A stretch of DNA of 64,000 nucleotides from Bacillus subtilis subsp. subtilis str. 168 (GCF_000009045.1 NC_000964.3:3844001-3908000), one strand, 5' to 3'. Shown: positions 52,290 through 62,141, counted from the first letter of the stretch. Notes: generated by a model not told the origin, from the letters alone. Numbers and translations: made by a program.

Positions 52290-53660
52290 ATGAACAGCAT
52301 CCCCTCTATCATCAGCAAGCATAAAGCCTATTTTGCGGCGGGACATACGAGACCGCTTGAATCGAGACTGAACATTTTGCGAAAGCTGAAACAAGCCGTC
52401 AGAACTCATGAAGCCGATCTCATAGCCGCTCTCTACCAGGATCTCCATAAATCCGAGCAAGAAGCATACTCAACAGAAATCGGAATCGTCTTGGAGGAAA
52501 TCAGCTTTGTCATGAAACGGCTGAGAAAATGGTCCAAGCCGAAACGAGTCAAAACGCCGTTGACTCATCTAGGCTCCAAAAGCATCATCATCCCTGAGCC
52601 GTATGGAACCGTTTTGGTGATTGCGCCTTGGAACTATCCCTTGCAGCTGGCGCTTTCTCCGTTGATTGGCGCCATTGCGGCGGGGAACACGGTCGTTCTC
52701 AAGCCATCAGAATATACGCCGGCTGTTTCTGCTATTCTTTCCAAACTCATCAGCAGCGTTTTTCCAACTGATTATGTCGCTATGGCAGAAGGCGGGCCCG
52801 ATGTCAGCACAGCATTATTACAGCAGCCCTTTGACTACATTTTCTTTACCGGCAGTGTAGCTGTAGGAAAAATCGTCATGGAGGCCGCCGCCAAACAATT
52901 AATTCCCGTAACCTTGGAGCTCGGCGGCAAAAGTCCCTGCATCGTCCATAAAGATGCTGACATTCAGCTTGCCGCCAAACGCATCGTCTTCGGGAAATTT
53001 ACAAATGCGGGACAAACCTGCATCGCACCGGATTATTTATTTGTCCACGAGGACATCAAAACGAAGCTCACAGAAGAAATGAAGCGTGCGATCAGAGAAT
53101 TTTACGGCCCTCAGCCGGAACGGAATCCACAGTACGGCAAAATCGTCAGTGAGCGCCACTATCAGCGGCTGCTCAGCTTTCTGAATGATGGCATCCCGCT
53201 CACAGGCGGACAATCTGATCCCAATCATCACAAAATTGCGCCGACCATTCTCGAACAAGTGAGAGATGACTCTCCAGTGATGCAGGAGGAGATTTTCGGG
53301 CCGATTCTTCCGCTCTTTACATACCGCAATATCGGGGAAGTCATTGAGAAAGTCCAATCGCGCCCTAAGCCGCTCGCCCTGTATCTCTTCACCACAAACA
53401 AAGAAATTGAGCGCGCTGTTTTAGGAAATCTGTCGTTTGGCGGGGGCTGTGTCAATGATACGTTAATGCATGTTGCGACGCCGTATTTGCCATTCGGCGG
53501 CGTCGGGGAAAGCGGCATCGGCAGCTATCACGGGTTTGACAGTTTTAACACATTCACGCACAAAAAAAGCGTCGTCAAACAAACGAACCGTTTCGACTTC
53601 GCATTTCGTTATCCTTCCTCCAAAAACGGGCTGCGAATGATTCGAAAAATACTCAAATAA
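52290..53660 (+). CDS. ywdH: Aldehyde dehydrogenase (ALDH3-like)
   Basis: 456 aa; [20 protein letters not shown] and EEIFGP; RBS AAGGAG. Confidence 0.93.
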
Positions 53661-53686
53661 AAAAGCGCAGATCACCTGCGCTTTTT
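53659..53686. terminator. Bidirectional terminator ywdH/ung
   Basis: AAAAAGCGCAG-atcac-CTGCGCTTTTT. Confidence 0.88.
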
Positions 53687-54362
53687 ACAAATCCTTAATA
53701 CACCAATCAATCGGCGCCTCTCCCATTTTCTCCAAATAGGCATTCGCCCGGGAAAACGGTCTGCTCCCGAAAAATCCGTTTCTCGCAGAAAACGGGCTGG
53801 GATGCGTCGATTCAATGATAAAATGCTTGGAGGTGTCGATCCGTTCTTTTTTCATTTGAGCATGCCGTCCCCACAAAATAAAGATAACCGGCCGCTCTCT
53901 TTCACTCAGCACGTCAATAATTCGGTCCGTCAGTCGCTCCCAGCCTTTTCCCTTATGGGAATTCGCCTGTCCGCGCCTTACTGTCAGCACAGTATTCAGC
54001 AAAAGAACGCCTTGCTTTGCCCAGCTCACAAGCGACCCGTGATTCGGGATGCTGCACCCGATGTCCTGCTGCAGCTCAAGAAAGATATTTTTTAACGAAG
54101 GCGGCTGCTTTACACCGGGCTTGACAGAGAAGCTTAAACCTTGAGCCTGTCCCGGCCCGTGATACGGATCTTGACCCAAAATGACGACCTTGACATCATC
54201 ATATGATGTATAATGCAGCGCGTTGAAAATATCCCGGCTGTCCGGATAAATCGTTTGCTCCGCGTATTCCCTCTTCAGCATCTCTCTGAGCTCTTGATAA
54301 TACGGTTTCTCAAACTCTTCCTTTAGCTGATTCCACCAGCTGTCTTGTAAAAGCTGTTTCAA
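53685..54362 (-). CDS. ung: Uracil-DNA glycosylase
   Basis: 225 aa; GQDPYH, PPSL and HPSPFS. Confidence 0.97.
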   Translation of the reverse strand: MKQLLQDSWWNQLKEEFEKPYYQELREMLKREYAEQTIYPDSRDIFNALHYTSYDDVKVVILGQDPYHGPGQAQGLSFSVKPGVKQPPSLKNIFLELQQDIGCSIPNHGSLVSWAKQGVLLLNTVLTVRRGQANSHKGKGWERLTDRIIDVLSERERPVIFILWGRHAQMKKERIDTSKHFIIESTHPSPFSARNGFFGSRPFSRANAYLEKMGEAPIDWCIKDL

Positions 54363-54375
54363 GATTCAGGCCTCC

Positions 54376-55182
54376 TTACGAACGATGAAGTCTGGAATAG
54401 ACAGGCTCGCCATCCCAAACCATTTCACTTTTTGCTTCCCGCCTCTTCATCTCAGGCTCTTCAAGCAGGACGGCAAAGTTTTTCGTCGGCAGCTCCCCGA
54501 GTCCGTGCTTTTCACTTAAACGATCCAAATATTGCTTCCGCTTGGCGCCAAGGTCAGCAGACTGATTGTCTCCCGCGTCACTGAAGGCATAAATCACGCT
54601 GGCGCAAGGGACACGCTTCACCCGGTAATCCTTGGCCGCGCGCAAATAAAAATCCCAGTCCCAGTAATTGTGCACATCAGCATCGAAATACCCGATTTCA
54701 TCATGCAGAAAACGTCTGTACATGCTGCCCGACGGCACGTATGTAGAAAACACTCTCATATCCTCATAGTCAGCGGTATAAGCAAACAATTTCCGTGACA
54801 CTGGATACCTTGTTCCGTTTTTCTCTTCAAACGAAACTATTTCCGCATCAGAATGAACGAAGTCTGCCGTTTCTATTTCCTTTGCCATTTTCTCGATATG
54901 CCCTGGCGTAAAGAAATCATCGTCATCACACAGCATAATGCAATCCCCAGACGCCTCTTTTACACCGGCATTTCTCGCAGCCACATGCCCCGAGTTCTTT
55001 TCTAAATTGATGACAGCAATCGGCAGCTCCGGATAAAGTGCTTTGACCGGCACGACCGATTCCCCGGCATCATTCACAATAATAATTTCATACGGCATCA
55101 AGGTCTGGCGGGAAATCGACTCCAAAAGCTCACACAAAGCCGGAATCCGATTATAGGTCACAATTACGATAGAAATCTTCAT
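54376..55182 (-). CDS. ywdF: GT2 glycosyltransferase
   Basis: 268 aa; ISIVIVTYNR, NDAG, CDDDD and DWDF; RBS AAGGAG. Confidence 0.92.
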   Translation of the reverse strand: MKISIVIVTYNRIPALCELLESISRQTLMPYEIIIVNDAGESVVPVKALYPELPIAVINLEKNSGHVAARNAGVKEASGDCIMLCDDDDFFTPGHIEKMAKEIETADFVHSDAEIVSFEEKNGTRYPVSRKLFAYTADYEDMRVFSTYVPSGSMYRRFLHDEIGYFDADVHNYWDWDFYLRAAKDYRVKRVPCASVIYAFSDAGDNQSADLGAKRKQYLDRLSEKHGLGELPTKNFAVLLEEPEMKRREAKSEMVWDGEPVYSRLHRS

Positions 55183-55271
55183 GATGCTCTCCTTCTCATT
55201 TTCATAGTCATGTACTATTAAAACATATATTGGACGGGAGATCAGTGGGAATATCCTACTGAAACGGCATA

Positions 55272-55805
55272 CTACAATGATAGAAACAGCAAAGTGGCTC
55301 CGATCAGAAGCACCATGATCAGCATCAGATCTCCAAAGACATGAAAGATATCTTTCATGCGGACGCCATTCGGAAGGATAAGACGCCACAGCTTAGATTG
55401 ATAGACCGGCAGCAGCACCAGTGCATAAGAAAGACACAAAAATGTAAAAGCCGGCGGCACAAAAGCACAGCCTGCATCGTCCCAATTCATCATGATGTCT
55501 TTCATACTAGATCCATCCAATAAAAACAAAGATATCATGAGGGCTAGCAACACAAAGGACCCCAATTGAACCTCAAACAGGCGCATTTTCTGGTTATATG
55601 CAAATCGGACCGCCCAAAACCAGACATAAGCATATGAACATAGCAGCGTAAGAATGGCACCTGCTGTAAAGACGACATCAGGCAGCCGATCAAGCAGAAA
55701 AACAAAAGGCAAGCTGGCTGCCATAGCCAAGAGCATGCAGCCACCAGTAAACAAAAATACTGCCCCATGAGCTACAAAACCATATAAACAAGAGCTAATC
55801 CTCAC
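55272..55805 (-). CDS. ywdE: Integral membrane protein of unknown function
   Basis: 177 aa from the GTG 8 nt after AAGGAGG; about 5-6 TM. Confidence 0.8.
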
Positions 55806-55820
55806 GACATACACCTCCTT

Positions 55821-55839
55821 TACATAGAAATTCTATGTA
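55821..55839. promoter_or_regulatory. Perfect palindrome, candidate YwzG operator
   Basis: TACATAGAA-a-TTCTATGTA abutting the ywdE RBS. Confidence 0.65.
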
Positions 55840-55852
55840 TATACCTAAAAAA

Positions 55853-56488
55853 TCAGACAAGCTGACGCCTGCCAATATAACAGCCCATTCGGCCAAATAA
55901 CGGAAATAACAGCGTTGCAAAAGCACAAGTTCCAACAAACCAAGGTGTCAACAAGGATTGAAACAGCGCAGCAGGAATTACATTGAATAGAAAAACAAGC
56001 ATAAAAATGACGTTTGGCACCATTGAGATCAGAATCGTATGTAGAACAAGCTTTTCTCCGCGTTTTCCAAACTCCTTCACGCCTTGATACCCAATCAGCA
56101 CCCAGTAGATCATATATGCAGCTAAGATCAGCCAAACAGAAACAGAAATGCCTTTCCATACTGCTTGAACAAACGGTGATTCAAGCCATACATGCATTAT
56201 TGTAATCGCAATGCCGACAGCGAATAGGGCACTGTTACAGAAAAGATGGAACATCAAAAACGCACGAAACGTTACTGGCTGTATTTTCTTAAACGAAGAA
56301 ACAATGTCAGTTGGTGTTCCAAACGCCTGCAATAAAGTCTGCATAGCTTCCTCCTCACTCTTTCCTTCCTGAAAAGAGCGAAACAGATGATGTTCAATAT
56401 GGCTCTCAATCTCTTCTATCATCGCCTCACCCTCAGGAAGCCCTTTAAGCCCGCTTTTGATTTCGGATACATATGTTTCTTTATCCAT
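55853..56488 (-). CDS. ywdD: HAAS-like (DUF1700/permease-prefix) N-terminal domain plus TM protein
   Basis: 211 aa; EEIESHIE...GKSEEEAM...FGTPTDIV followed by about 4 TM; overlaps the ywzG stop. Confidence 0.85.
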
Positions 56489-56819
56489 TTTGTCCGCTCC
56501 ACTTCAGTATTCGGTCCATCATGGCTGAAAATACGCTCCATTCCTTCGTGCGTTCCGCCAGCACTTCTTTGCCCTCGTCTGTAATCCGGTAATATTTGCG
56601 GTCCGGTCCTTTCTCCTGCTTCTCCCAGTAGGAAGAAATATACCCTTGGCGTTCAAGCTTGTGAAGAGAAGGATACAAGGTCCCTTCTTTCATCTGCAGT
56701 TCATTTCCGCTGCGGCTTCCCATTTCTTTTACAAGCTCATAGCCGTACATCGGCCGCTCGTTCAGAAGCGTCAATACCAATATAACCGTGCTTCCCTTAA
56801 CCAGCTCACGATTTAACAT
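56481..56819 (-). CDS. ywzG: PadR-family transcriptional regulator
   Basis: 112 aa; [18 protein letters not shown] and [10 protein letters not shown]. Confidence 0.93.
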
Positions 56820-56830
56820 CTCAAAACCCC

Positions 56831-56880
56831 TACCTAGTTTTCTTATGTAGCATTTTACGAAAGCCCGTTGAGATTGTCAA
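56831..56880 (-). promoter_or_regulatory. ywzG SigA promoter with operator over the start site
   Basis: TTGACA (56875-56880)-N17-TAAAAT (56852-56857); TACCTAG-N5-TTATGTA at 56831-56849. Confidence 0.72.
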
Positions 56881-56962
56881 ATGATTCCTATAGATCTTCT
56901 ATATTGTGATACAGAGAAAATCTAACTATAATGAAAGACAAAACATGATGGAGGTTCAAGAC

Positions 56963-57778
56963 ATGTCTATGCATAAAGCACTCACCATTGCCGGCTCAGA
57001 TTCCAGCGGCGGTGCTGGGATTCAAGCTGATTTAAAAACATTTCAAGAAAAAAACGTATACGGGATGACCGCCTTAACGGTGATCGTTGCGATGGACCCA
57101 AACAACAGCTGGAACCATCAGGTATTCCCGATCGATACTGATACAATCCGCGCCCAGCTTGCAACAATTACGGACGGCATCGGCGTGGACGCCATGAAAA
57201 CAGGAATGCTGCCAACCGTTGACATTATCGAGCTTGCGGCAAAAACGATCAAAGAAAAACAATTAAAAAATGTGGTAATTGACCCGGTTATGGTTTGCAA
57301 AGGTGCTAATGAAGTCCTTTATCCGGAGCACGCCCAAGCCCTGCGTGAGCAATTGGCTCCGCTAGCCACTGTCATTACGCCAAACTTGTTTGAAGCCAGC
57401 CAGCTCAGCGGCATGGATGAACTAAAAACAGTTGACGATATGATCGAAGCCGCGAAAAAAATTCACGCACTCGGCGCTCAATATGTCGTCATTACAGGCG
57501 GAGGCAAACTCAAACACGAGAAAGCCGTTGATGTTCTCTATGACGGAGAAACAGCGGAAGTCCTTGAAAGCGAAATGATCGATACGCCTTATACACATGG
57601 CGCAGGCTGTACATTCTCAGCAGCCGTGACAGCGGAGCTTGCCAAAGGTGCGGAAGTCAAAGAAGCCATTTACGCAGCGAAAGAATTCATCACAGCGGCC
57701 ATTAAAGAATCCTTCCCGCTAAACCAGTATGTTGGTCCTACGAAGCATTCTGCACTGCGCCTGAATCAACAATCATAA
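56963..57778 (+). CDS. pdxK: Pyridoxal kinase (ThiD-like)
   Basis: 271 aa; GSDSSGGAGIQADLK, DPVMV and HGAGCTFS; RBS GGAGG. Confidence 0.93.
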   Translation: MSMHKALTIAGSDSSGGAGIQADLKTFQEKNVYGMTALTVIVAMDPNNSWNHQVFPIDTDTIRAQLATITDGIGVDAMKTGMLPTVDIIELAAKTIKEKQLKNVVIDPVMVCKGANEVLYPEHAQALREQLAPLATVITPNLFEASQLSGMDELKTVDDMIEAAKKIHALGAQYVVITGGGKLKHEKAVDVLYDGETAEVLESEMIDTPYTHGAGCTFSAAVTAELAKGAEVKEAIYAAKEFITAAIKESFPLNQYVGPTKHSALRLNQQS

Positions 57779-57814
57779 AAAAAGGGGCTGCCTTACAGAG
57801 AGGCAGCCCTTTTT
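57777..57814 (+). terminator. pdxK terminator
   Basis: GGGCTGCCT-N7-AGGCAGCCC-TTTTT. Confidence 0.85.
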
Positions 57815-57837
57815 AAATCACCGAAGACTTTTCACAG

Positions 57838-57862
57838 AAAAAACTGCCGATCCCATCGGCAG
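57838..57862 (-). terminator. sacP-sacA-ywdA terminator
   Basis: CTGCCGAT-ggg-ATCGGCAG plus T6 on the minus strand. Confidence 0.82.
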
Positions 57863-57867
57863 CCTGT

Positions 57868-58116
57868 TTATTTGATTTTTAAATTGTTTGCAGATTTCCT
57901 CAAAAATGTTTCTATCGACTGAACAAAAAGTGCATATTCCTTCATTTGTTCATATGCCCGCGTGAGAATTTCCGCCGTTTCACTGTGCGGCGTTGTTCCG
58001 CCAAGCATTTTTTTCAGCTGAAGCAGCACATCCTTATATTCTTCTCGCTTATCTTCAACTTGGTTAGCAGCCTTTTCCAAACATTCCGGTGTTATCTTCT
58101 GTTCATGTATATTCAA
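57868..58116 (-). CDS. ywdA: Small helical protein, WXG100-like pattern
   Basis: 82 aa from TTG after RBS AAAGGAG. Confidence 0.85.
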   Translation of the reverse strand: MNIHEQKITPECLEKAANQVEDKREEYKDVLLQLKKMLGGTTPHSETAEILTRAYEQMKEYALFVQSIETFLRKSANNLKIK

Positions 58117-58209
58117 GAAAACAACTCCTTTTACAGAAAAAAATAGTAGGTTATCGTTGAAGAATAGCACAGATGGCTCAGATTTCACATAAGAAAATAG
58201 AAGGATTTT

Positions 58210-59649
58210 CTACATAAGTGTCCAAATTCCGACATTCATTTCAGATTTCCCGGTCGCACTGGCTGTTACTTCATGATTTCCCGGGAAAGGAAAATATCTT
58301 GCACTCAAGACCTCTTCTCCGTTATTGATAAAGATTTCCACAGATGACGCGTCGAGAAACATGTGTACGGTATGCAAATCCTTGATGCGGCAATGTCTCG
58401 CTTCTGTTCTTTTTCCGTCAAAGCTCTTTCGTTCCAGCGTAACAATCCCCTCGTCTTTATGGAAGGAAAACGTAGCCGTTCCGCGGATACTGATTGAAAA
58501 GCCAGACTCCGTATGAATGTCTTCCAGTAGAATCTCAGTTCTTTCAGGTTTTTCCACTGGAAGCGCACCAGATGATCCATGCATGTTGATGTGTATTTTT
58601 TTCTCATTTCTGCGCATGGCTTTTAGCTCAGGCAGCGGCTGCTGAATCAGCTTCTGTCCTGAAAGCGTCAGCTGTCTCGGCAGCGTCATGCAGTGAATCC
58701 AGTGGCAGTCAATGGTCGGATGGGACCCTTCATCCTGATCAGGCACCGCCATCCATGCAAATAAAATCCGCCTTCCCTGATCGTCTTCAAGTGTTTGCGG
58801 CGCGTAAAAATCAAAACCTTGATCAAGCTCCGTAAATTCACCATGCTTCAGTTCAGGCTTGTTATAATCGAGGCGGCCGACAAAATAACCTGATTGATAT
58901 ACGTTCTGATAACGGAAACCGTCAGCCTCAAGCCCTTGAGGCGAAACAATCAGCACATCCGATCCTTGAAGGGAAAACAAATCAGGGCATTCCCACATGT
59001 ATCCAAAATCGTCCAGCCCGTTGAAGCCCGCGCCGGTTATCGGGCCAAGAAATCTCCACTCTGTCAGGTTATCAGAAGCAAACAACACAGCCTGCCCTTT
59101 CAAATTCTCTGTTTGCGCACCAATCACCATATACCATGTGCCTTCATGCTCCCATACCTTCGGATCGCGAAAATGCGCCGTATATCCTTCCGGAAGGCGG
59201 GCGACGACACCCTTTTTCTCAAAGGACAGCCCGTCGTCAGAAACAGCAAGGCATTGATACGTTTCCCGATTTCCATCCTGATCCCTGACATTTCCTGTGT
59301 AAAAAAGATAGAGCCGATCGTCTTTCGTGACAGCGCTGCCCGAGTAGCAGCCGTTTTTATCAAACCAATCACTCGGAGCCAGCGCAATCTCTTCCCGCTT
59401 CCAATTCACAACATCCTGTGTCGTATAATGCCCCCAAAATTTTGCGCCGTGCCCCGTCTGAAACGGCTGCCACTGAAAGAATACATGATAGCTGCCCTTC
59501 CAATAAATCACGCCATTCGGGTCATTCAGCAGCCCAACCGGCGGCATGATATGAAAATGCTGGCGGTGCGGATCGCTGTTAGCGATGGGCTCTTTTTTCT
59601 CCACTTCTTCATAAGCCCGGCGACGAAGCTCCTGGTCATGTGCTGTCAT
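58210..59649 (-). CDS. sacA: Sucrose-6-phosphate hydrolase (GH32)
   Basis: 479 aa; LLNDPNG, FRDP and WECPD. Confidence 0.97.
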   Translation of the reverse strand: MTAHDQELRRRAYEEVEKKEPIANSDPHRQHFHIMPPVGLLNDPNGVIYWKGSYHVFFQWQPFQTGHGAKFWGHYTTQDVVNWKREEIALAPSDWFDKNGCYSGSAVTKDDRLYLFYTGNVRDQDGNRETYQCLAVSDDGLSFEKKGVVARLPEGYTAHFRDPKVWEHEGTWYMVIGAQTENLKGQAVLFASDNLTEWRFLGPITGAGFNGLDDFGYMWECPDLFSLQGSDVLIVSPQGLEADGFRYQNVYQSGYFVGRLDYNKPELKHGEFTELDQGFDFYAPQTLEDDQGRRILFAWMAVPDQDEGSHPTIDCHWIHCMTLPRQLTLSGQKLIQQPLPELKAMRRNEKKIHINMHGSSGALPVEKPERTEILLEDIHTESGFSISIRGTATFSFHKDEGIVTLERKSFDGKRTEARHCRIKDLHTVHMFLDASSVEIFINNGEEVLSARYFPFPGNHEVTASATGKSEMNVGIWTLM

Positions 59650-61031
59650 TTTTTCCTCTCCTCATCCTCATTAATCTTCATGACAAATGCTGCAATGAAC
59701 GCTGACACTGCCGCAATCGCCATGCCAATCAGATAGTGAATCAAGTTGCTGAAGCCAAACGGAGCCGCAATGGCGATCATCGGAATTCCCGTTAACCCGT
59801 AAGCGTTTGCAGCTACATGTGTAAAGACGACATATGCCCCACCCAATGCGCCTCCGATCATCGCGGCGATAAACGGTTTTCGGTAGCGCAGATTGACTCC
59901 GAATATGACGGGCTCAGTAATGCCGAGAAAAGCGGAAAATGCTGCCGGAAGCGCGATTTCTTTTGTCTTTGCCTTTTTCGCCATAAAGAAGACGGCAAGA
60001 CCTGCCCCGCCCTGTGCGACATTCGCCATTGACCAGATCGGCAGCAAGTAGTTTTTGCCTATATCTGCAATTAGCCCTGCCTCAATCGCATGGAAGCTGT
60101 GATGAACGCCTGTCAGCACGATGAGTGAATACGTGCCCCCGAAAATCAGACCTGCGACAAAACCGGCATGGTCATATACATAAGTTAAAGCAACCGTAAT
60201 GCCGGAGCCAAGCGCTCTGCCTAGAGGGCCAATCGCGATAAAAGCAACAAACCCGGTGACAATCACAGTAACAAATGGTGTAACAAGCAAATCCACCGCA
60301 TGTGGAACCACTTTTCTCGTCCATTTCTCTACCTTGCTCATCACATACACCGCAAGCAGGACAGGGATAACAGTTCCCTGGTAGCCGAGAAGAGCGATAT
60401 CAAATCCGAAAAGATGCATGTAATCAGGTGTCGCTTCCGCCAATCCCCATGGATTTAAAAGATTCGGATGAATCATGATTCCCCCGATGACCGCTCCCAA
60501 GTATGGATTGCTGCCAAACTCTTTTGAAGCGCTGACCCCGATTAGAATCGGCAAGAAAATGAATGCTGCACTTGAAAACATATCAAGCAGCTGCAAAAGC
60601 GCAGAATCCTTGCTCATCCAATGAAACGCATTGATCATACCCAGCAATCCCATTAATAGGCCGCTGGCTACAATAGCTGGGATGATTGGAACAAAAATAT
60701 TAGAAAGCGTTTTCGCAAATCTCGCAGCGGGATTCAGCTTTTCTTTTGCCGCATCCTGATGATTGACGTGTTCTTCACGCTCGATATCAGCTTCTTTAGA
60801 AAAGGCATCGAATACTTTATTCACAAGGCCTGTTCCGAAAATGATCTGGTACTGGCCAGAGCTGCTGAAAGCCCCTTTAACGCCATCAAGCTCTTCTACT
60901 TGTGCTTGATCTATCTTTGATTCATCTTTCATCACTAAACGCAGTCTTGTTGCACAATGAGCCGCGCTGATAATATTTTCTTTCCCTCCGAGAAGCTCAA
61001 TGAGGCGTTTTGCAGTCTCTTTGTAATCCAT
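59646..61031 (-). CDS. sacP: PTS sucrose-specific EIIBC
   Basis: 461 aa; HCATRLR and GITEPVIFGVNL. Confidence 0.97.
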   Translation of the reverse strand: MDYKETAKRLIELLGGKENIISAAHCATRLRLVMKDESKIDQAQVEELDGVKGAFSSSGQYQIIFGTGLVNKVFDAFSKEADIEREEHVNHQDAAKEKLNPAARFAKTLSNIFVPIIPAIVASGLLMGLLGMINAFHWMSKDSALLQLLDMFSSAAFIFLPILIGVSASKEFGSNPYLGAVIGGIMIHPNLLNPWGLAEATPDYMHLFGFDIALLGYQGTVIPVLLAVYVMSKVEKWTRKVVPHAVDLLVTPFVTVIVTGFVAFIAIGPLGRALGSGITVALTYVYDHAGFVAGLIFGGTYSLIVLTGVHHSFHAIEAGLIADIGKNYLLPIWSMANVAQGGAGLAVFFMAKKAKTKEIALPAAFSAFLGITEPVIFGVNLRYRKPFIAAMIGGALGGAYVVFTHVAANAYGLTGIPMIAIAAPFGFSNLIHYLIGMAIAAVSAFIAAFVMKINEDEERKK

Positions 61032-61056
61032 CTATTTCTCCCCCTTTTATTTAAAC

Positions 61057-61129
61057 AAAAAAGACCTAAAATTCGCCAACGAATAAAGGACACAGCGATC
61101 CTTTTTCATTTACGCAAATTTTAGGTCTT
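61057..61129 (-). terminator. Conditional terminator in the sacP leader
   Basis: AAGACCTAAAATT...AATTTTAGGTCTT plus a U tract; 5' arm overlaps the RAT. Confidence 0.92.
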
Positions 61130-61152
61130 GCCTGCTTTACCAGTCACAATCC
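61124..61152 (-). promoter_or_regulatory. RAT (SacT-binding RNA antiterminator)
   Basis: GGAUUGUGACUGGUAAAGCAGGCAAGACC, BglG/SacY-type RAT. Confidence 0.95.
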
Positions 61153-61167
61153 CGCTTATTCAGATTA

Positions 61168-61209
61168 AGAATACGCTTTCATCATAAATCATGATAGCGT
61201 TTTCGTCAA
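61168..61209 (-). promoter_or_regulatory. sacP SigA promoter with cre over the start site
   Basis: TTGACG-N17-TATGAT (61181-61209); cre TGAAAGCGTATTCT at 61168-61181. Confidence 0.85.
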
Positions 61210-61268
61210 CTATTTTTTTAGTTAAATAGTTTGATATAACATGTAGACAAAAATTCGTAAAAATTAAT

Positions 61269-61284
61269 TGTGAAATACTTCACA
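61269..61284. promoter_or_regulatory. Fnr-box palindrome upstream of ywcJ
   Basis: TGTGA-AA-TA-CT-TCACA matches the B. subtilis Fnr consensus TGTGA-N2-TA-N2-TCACA. Confidence 0.7.
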
Positions 61285-61332
61285 ATATCGTGCTATACTA
61301 TGCTCAATCATGAAAGAAAGCAGGAAAAGACA

Positions 61333-62103
61333 ATGGAAACTCAAGCATTACAAAAGGTTGAACAGTATGCTTTGAAAAAACAAAACATATTCGCTTCAAG
61401 CAAAATCCGTTATGTGCTTCGGTCCATTTTGGCCAGTATATTTATTGGTTTTGGCATTACAGCCGCAAGCAAAACAGGCAGCTATTTCTTTATGGCTGAT
61501 TCTCCGTTTGCCTTTCCGGCAGCCGCTGTCACTTTCGGGGCCGCTATTCTGATGATTGCTTACGGAGGCGGAGATTTATTTACCGGCAACACCTTTTATT
61601 TCACCTATACCGCGCTCCGGAAAAAAATCAGCTGGCGCGACACCCTATACTTGTGGATGTCAAGCTATGCCGGCAATTTAATCGGCGCCATTCTGTTTGC
61701 CATCCTGATCAGCGCGACGGGACTTTTTGAGGAGCCTTCTGTTCATTCCTTTTTGATTCATTTGGCAGAGCACAAAATGGAGCCGCCGGCTTCCGAATTG
61801 TTTTTCAGAGGAATGCTGTGCAATTGGCTTGTGTGCCTCGCCTTTTTCATTCCAATGTCTCTCAAAGGGGAAGGAGCAAAGCTTTTTACCATGATGCTTT
61901 TCGTTTTCTGCTTCTTTATTTCCGGCTTTGAACACAGCATTGCCAATATGTGCACATTCGCCATCTCGCTTTTGATCGAGCACCCTGATACAGTGACACT
62001 GATGGGAGCAGTCAGAAACTTAATCCCCGTTACGCTCGGCAATCTGACCGCGGGAATAGTTATGATGGGCTGGATGTACTACACACTGAATCCTGATCAA
62101 TAA
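61333..62103 (+). CDS. ywcJ: Formate/nitrite transporter (FNT) family
   Basis: 256 aa; GGDLFTGN, GMLCNWLVCLA, GFEHSIANM and TLGNL. Confidence 0.93.
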   Translation: METQALQKVEQYALKKQNIFASSKIRYVLRSILASIFIGFGITAASKTGSYFFMADSPFAFPAAAVTFGAAILMIAYGGGDLFTGNTFYFTYTALRKKISWRDTLYLWMSSYAGNLIGAILFAILISATGLFEEPSVHSFLIHLAEHKMEPPASELFFRGMLCNWLVCLAFFIPMSLKGEGAKLFTMMLFVFCFFISGFEHSIANMCTFAISLLIEHPDTVTLMGAVRNLIPVTLGNLTAGIVMMGWMYYTLNPDQ

Positions 62104-62133
62104 AAAAACTTCCAGAGATCACTCCCTGCAAGT
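62102..62133 (-). terminator. sacT terminator (convergent with ywcJ)
   Basis: Imperfect stem ACTTgCAGGGA/TCTCTGgAAGT plus a T tract. Confidence 0.55.
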
Positions 62134-62141
62134 CAAAGCGG

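Noticed and set aside
54376-55389. Long N-terminal extensions in the ORF track (ywdF, ywdI, ywdH, ywhB, spsJ, spsL, rocA, ywcJ, pdxK, ywdA, ywcI and others)
   Set aside because: The upstream codons lack an RBS or overlap neighbouring genes; downstream starts have clear SD sequences and family-typical N-termini
56887-56905. Third, degenerate copy of the ywzG operator (CCTATAG-N5-CTATATT)
   Set aside because: Only 9 of 14 positions match; not called without binding data
58894-59736. 280-aa ORF antisense to sacA
   Set aside because: Lies almost wholly opposite a conserved GH32 gene, has no recognisable motif or clear RBS, and fits a shadow ORF
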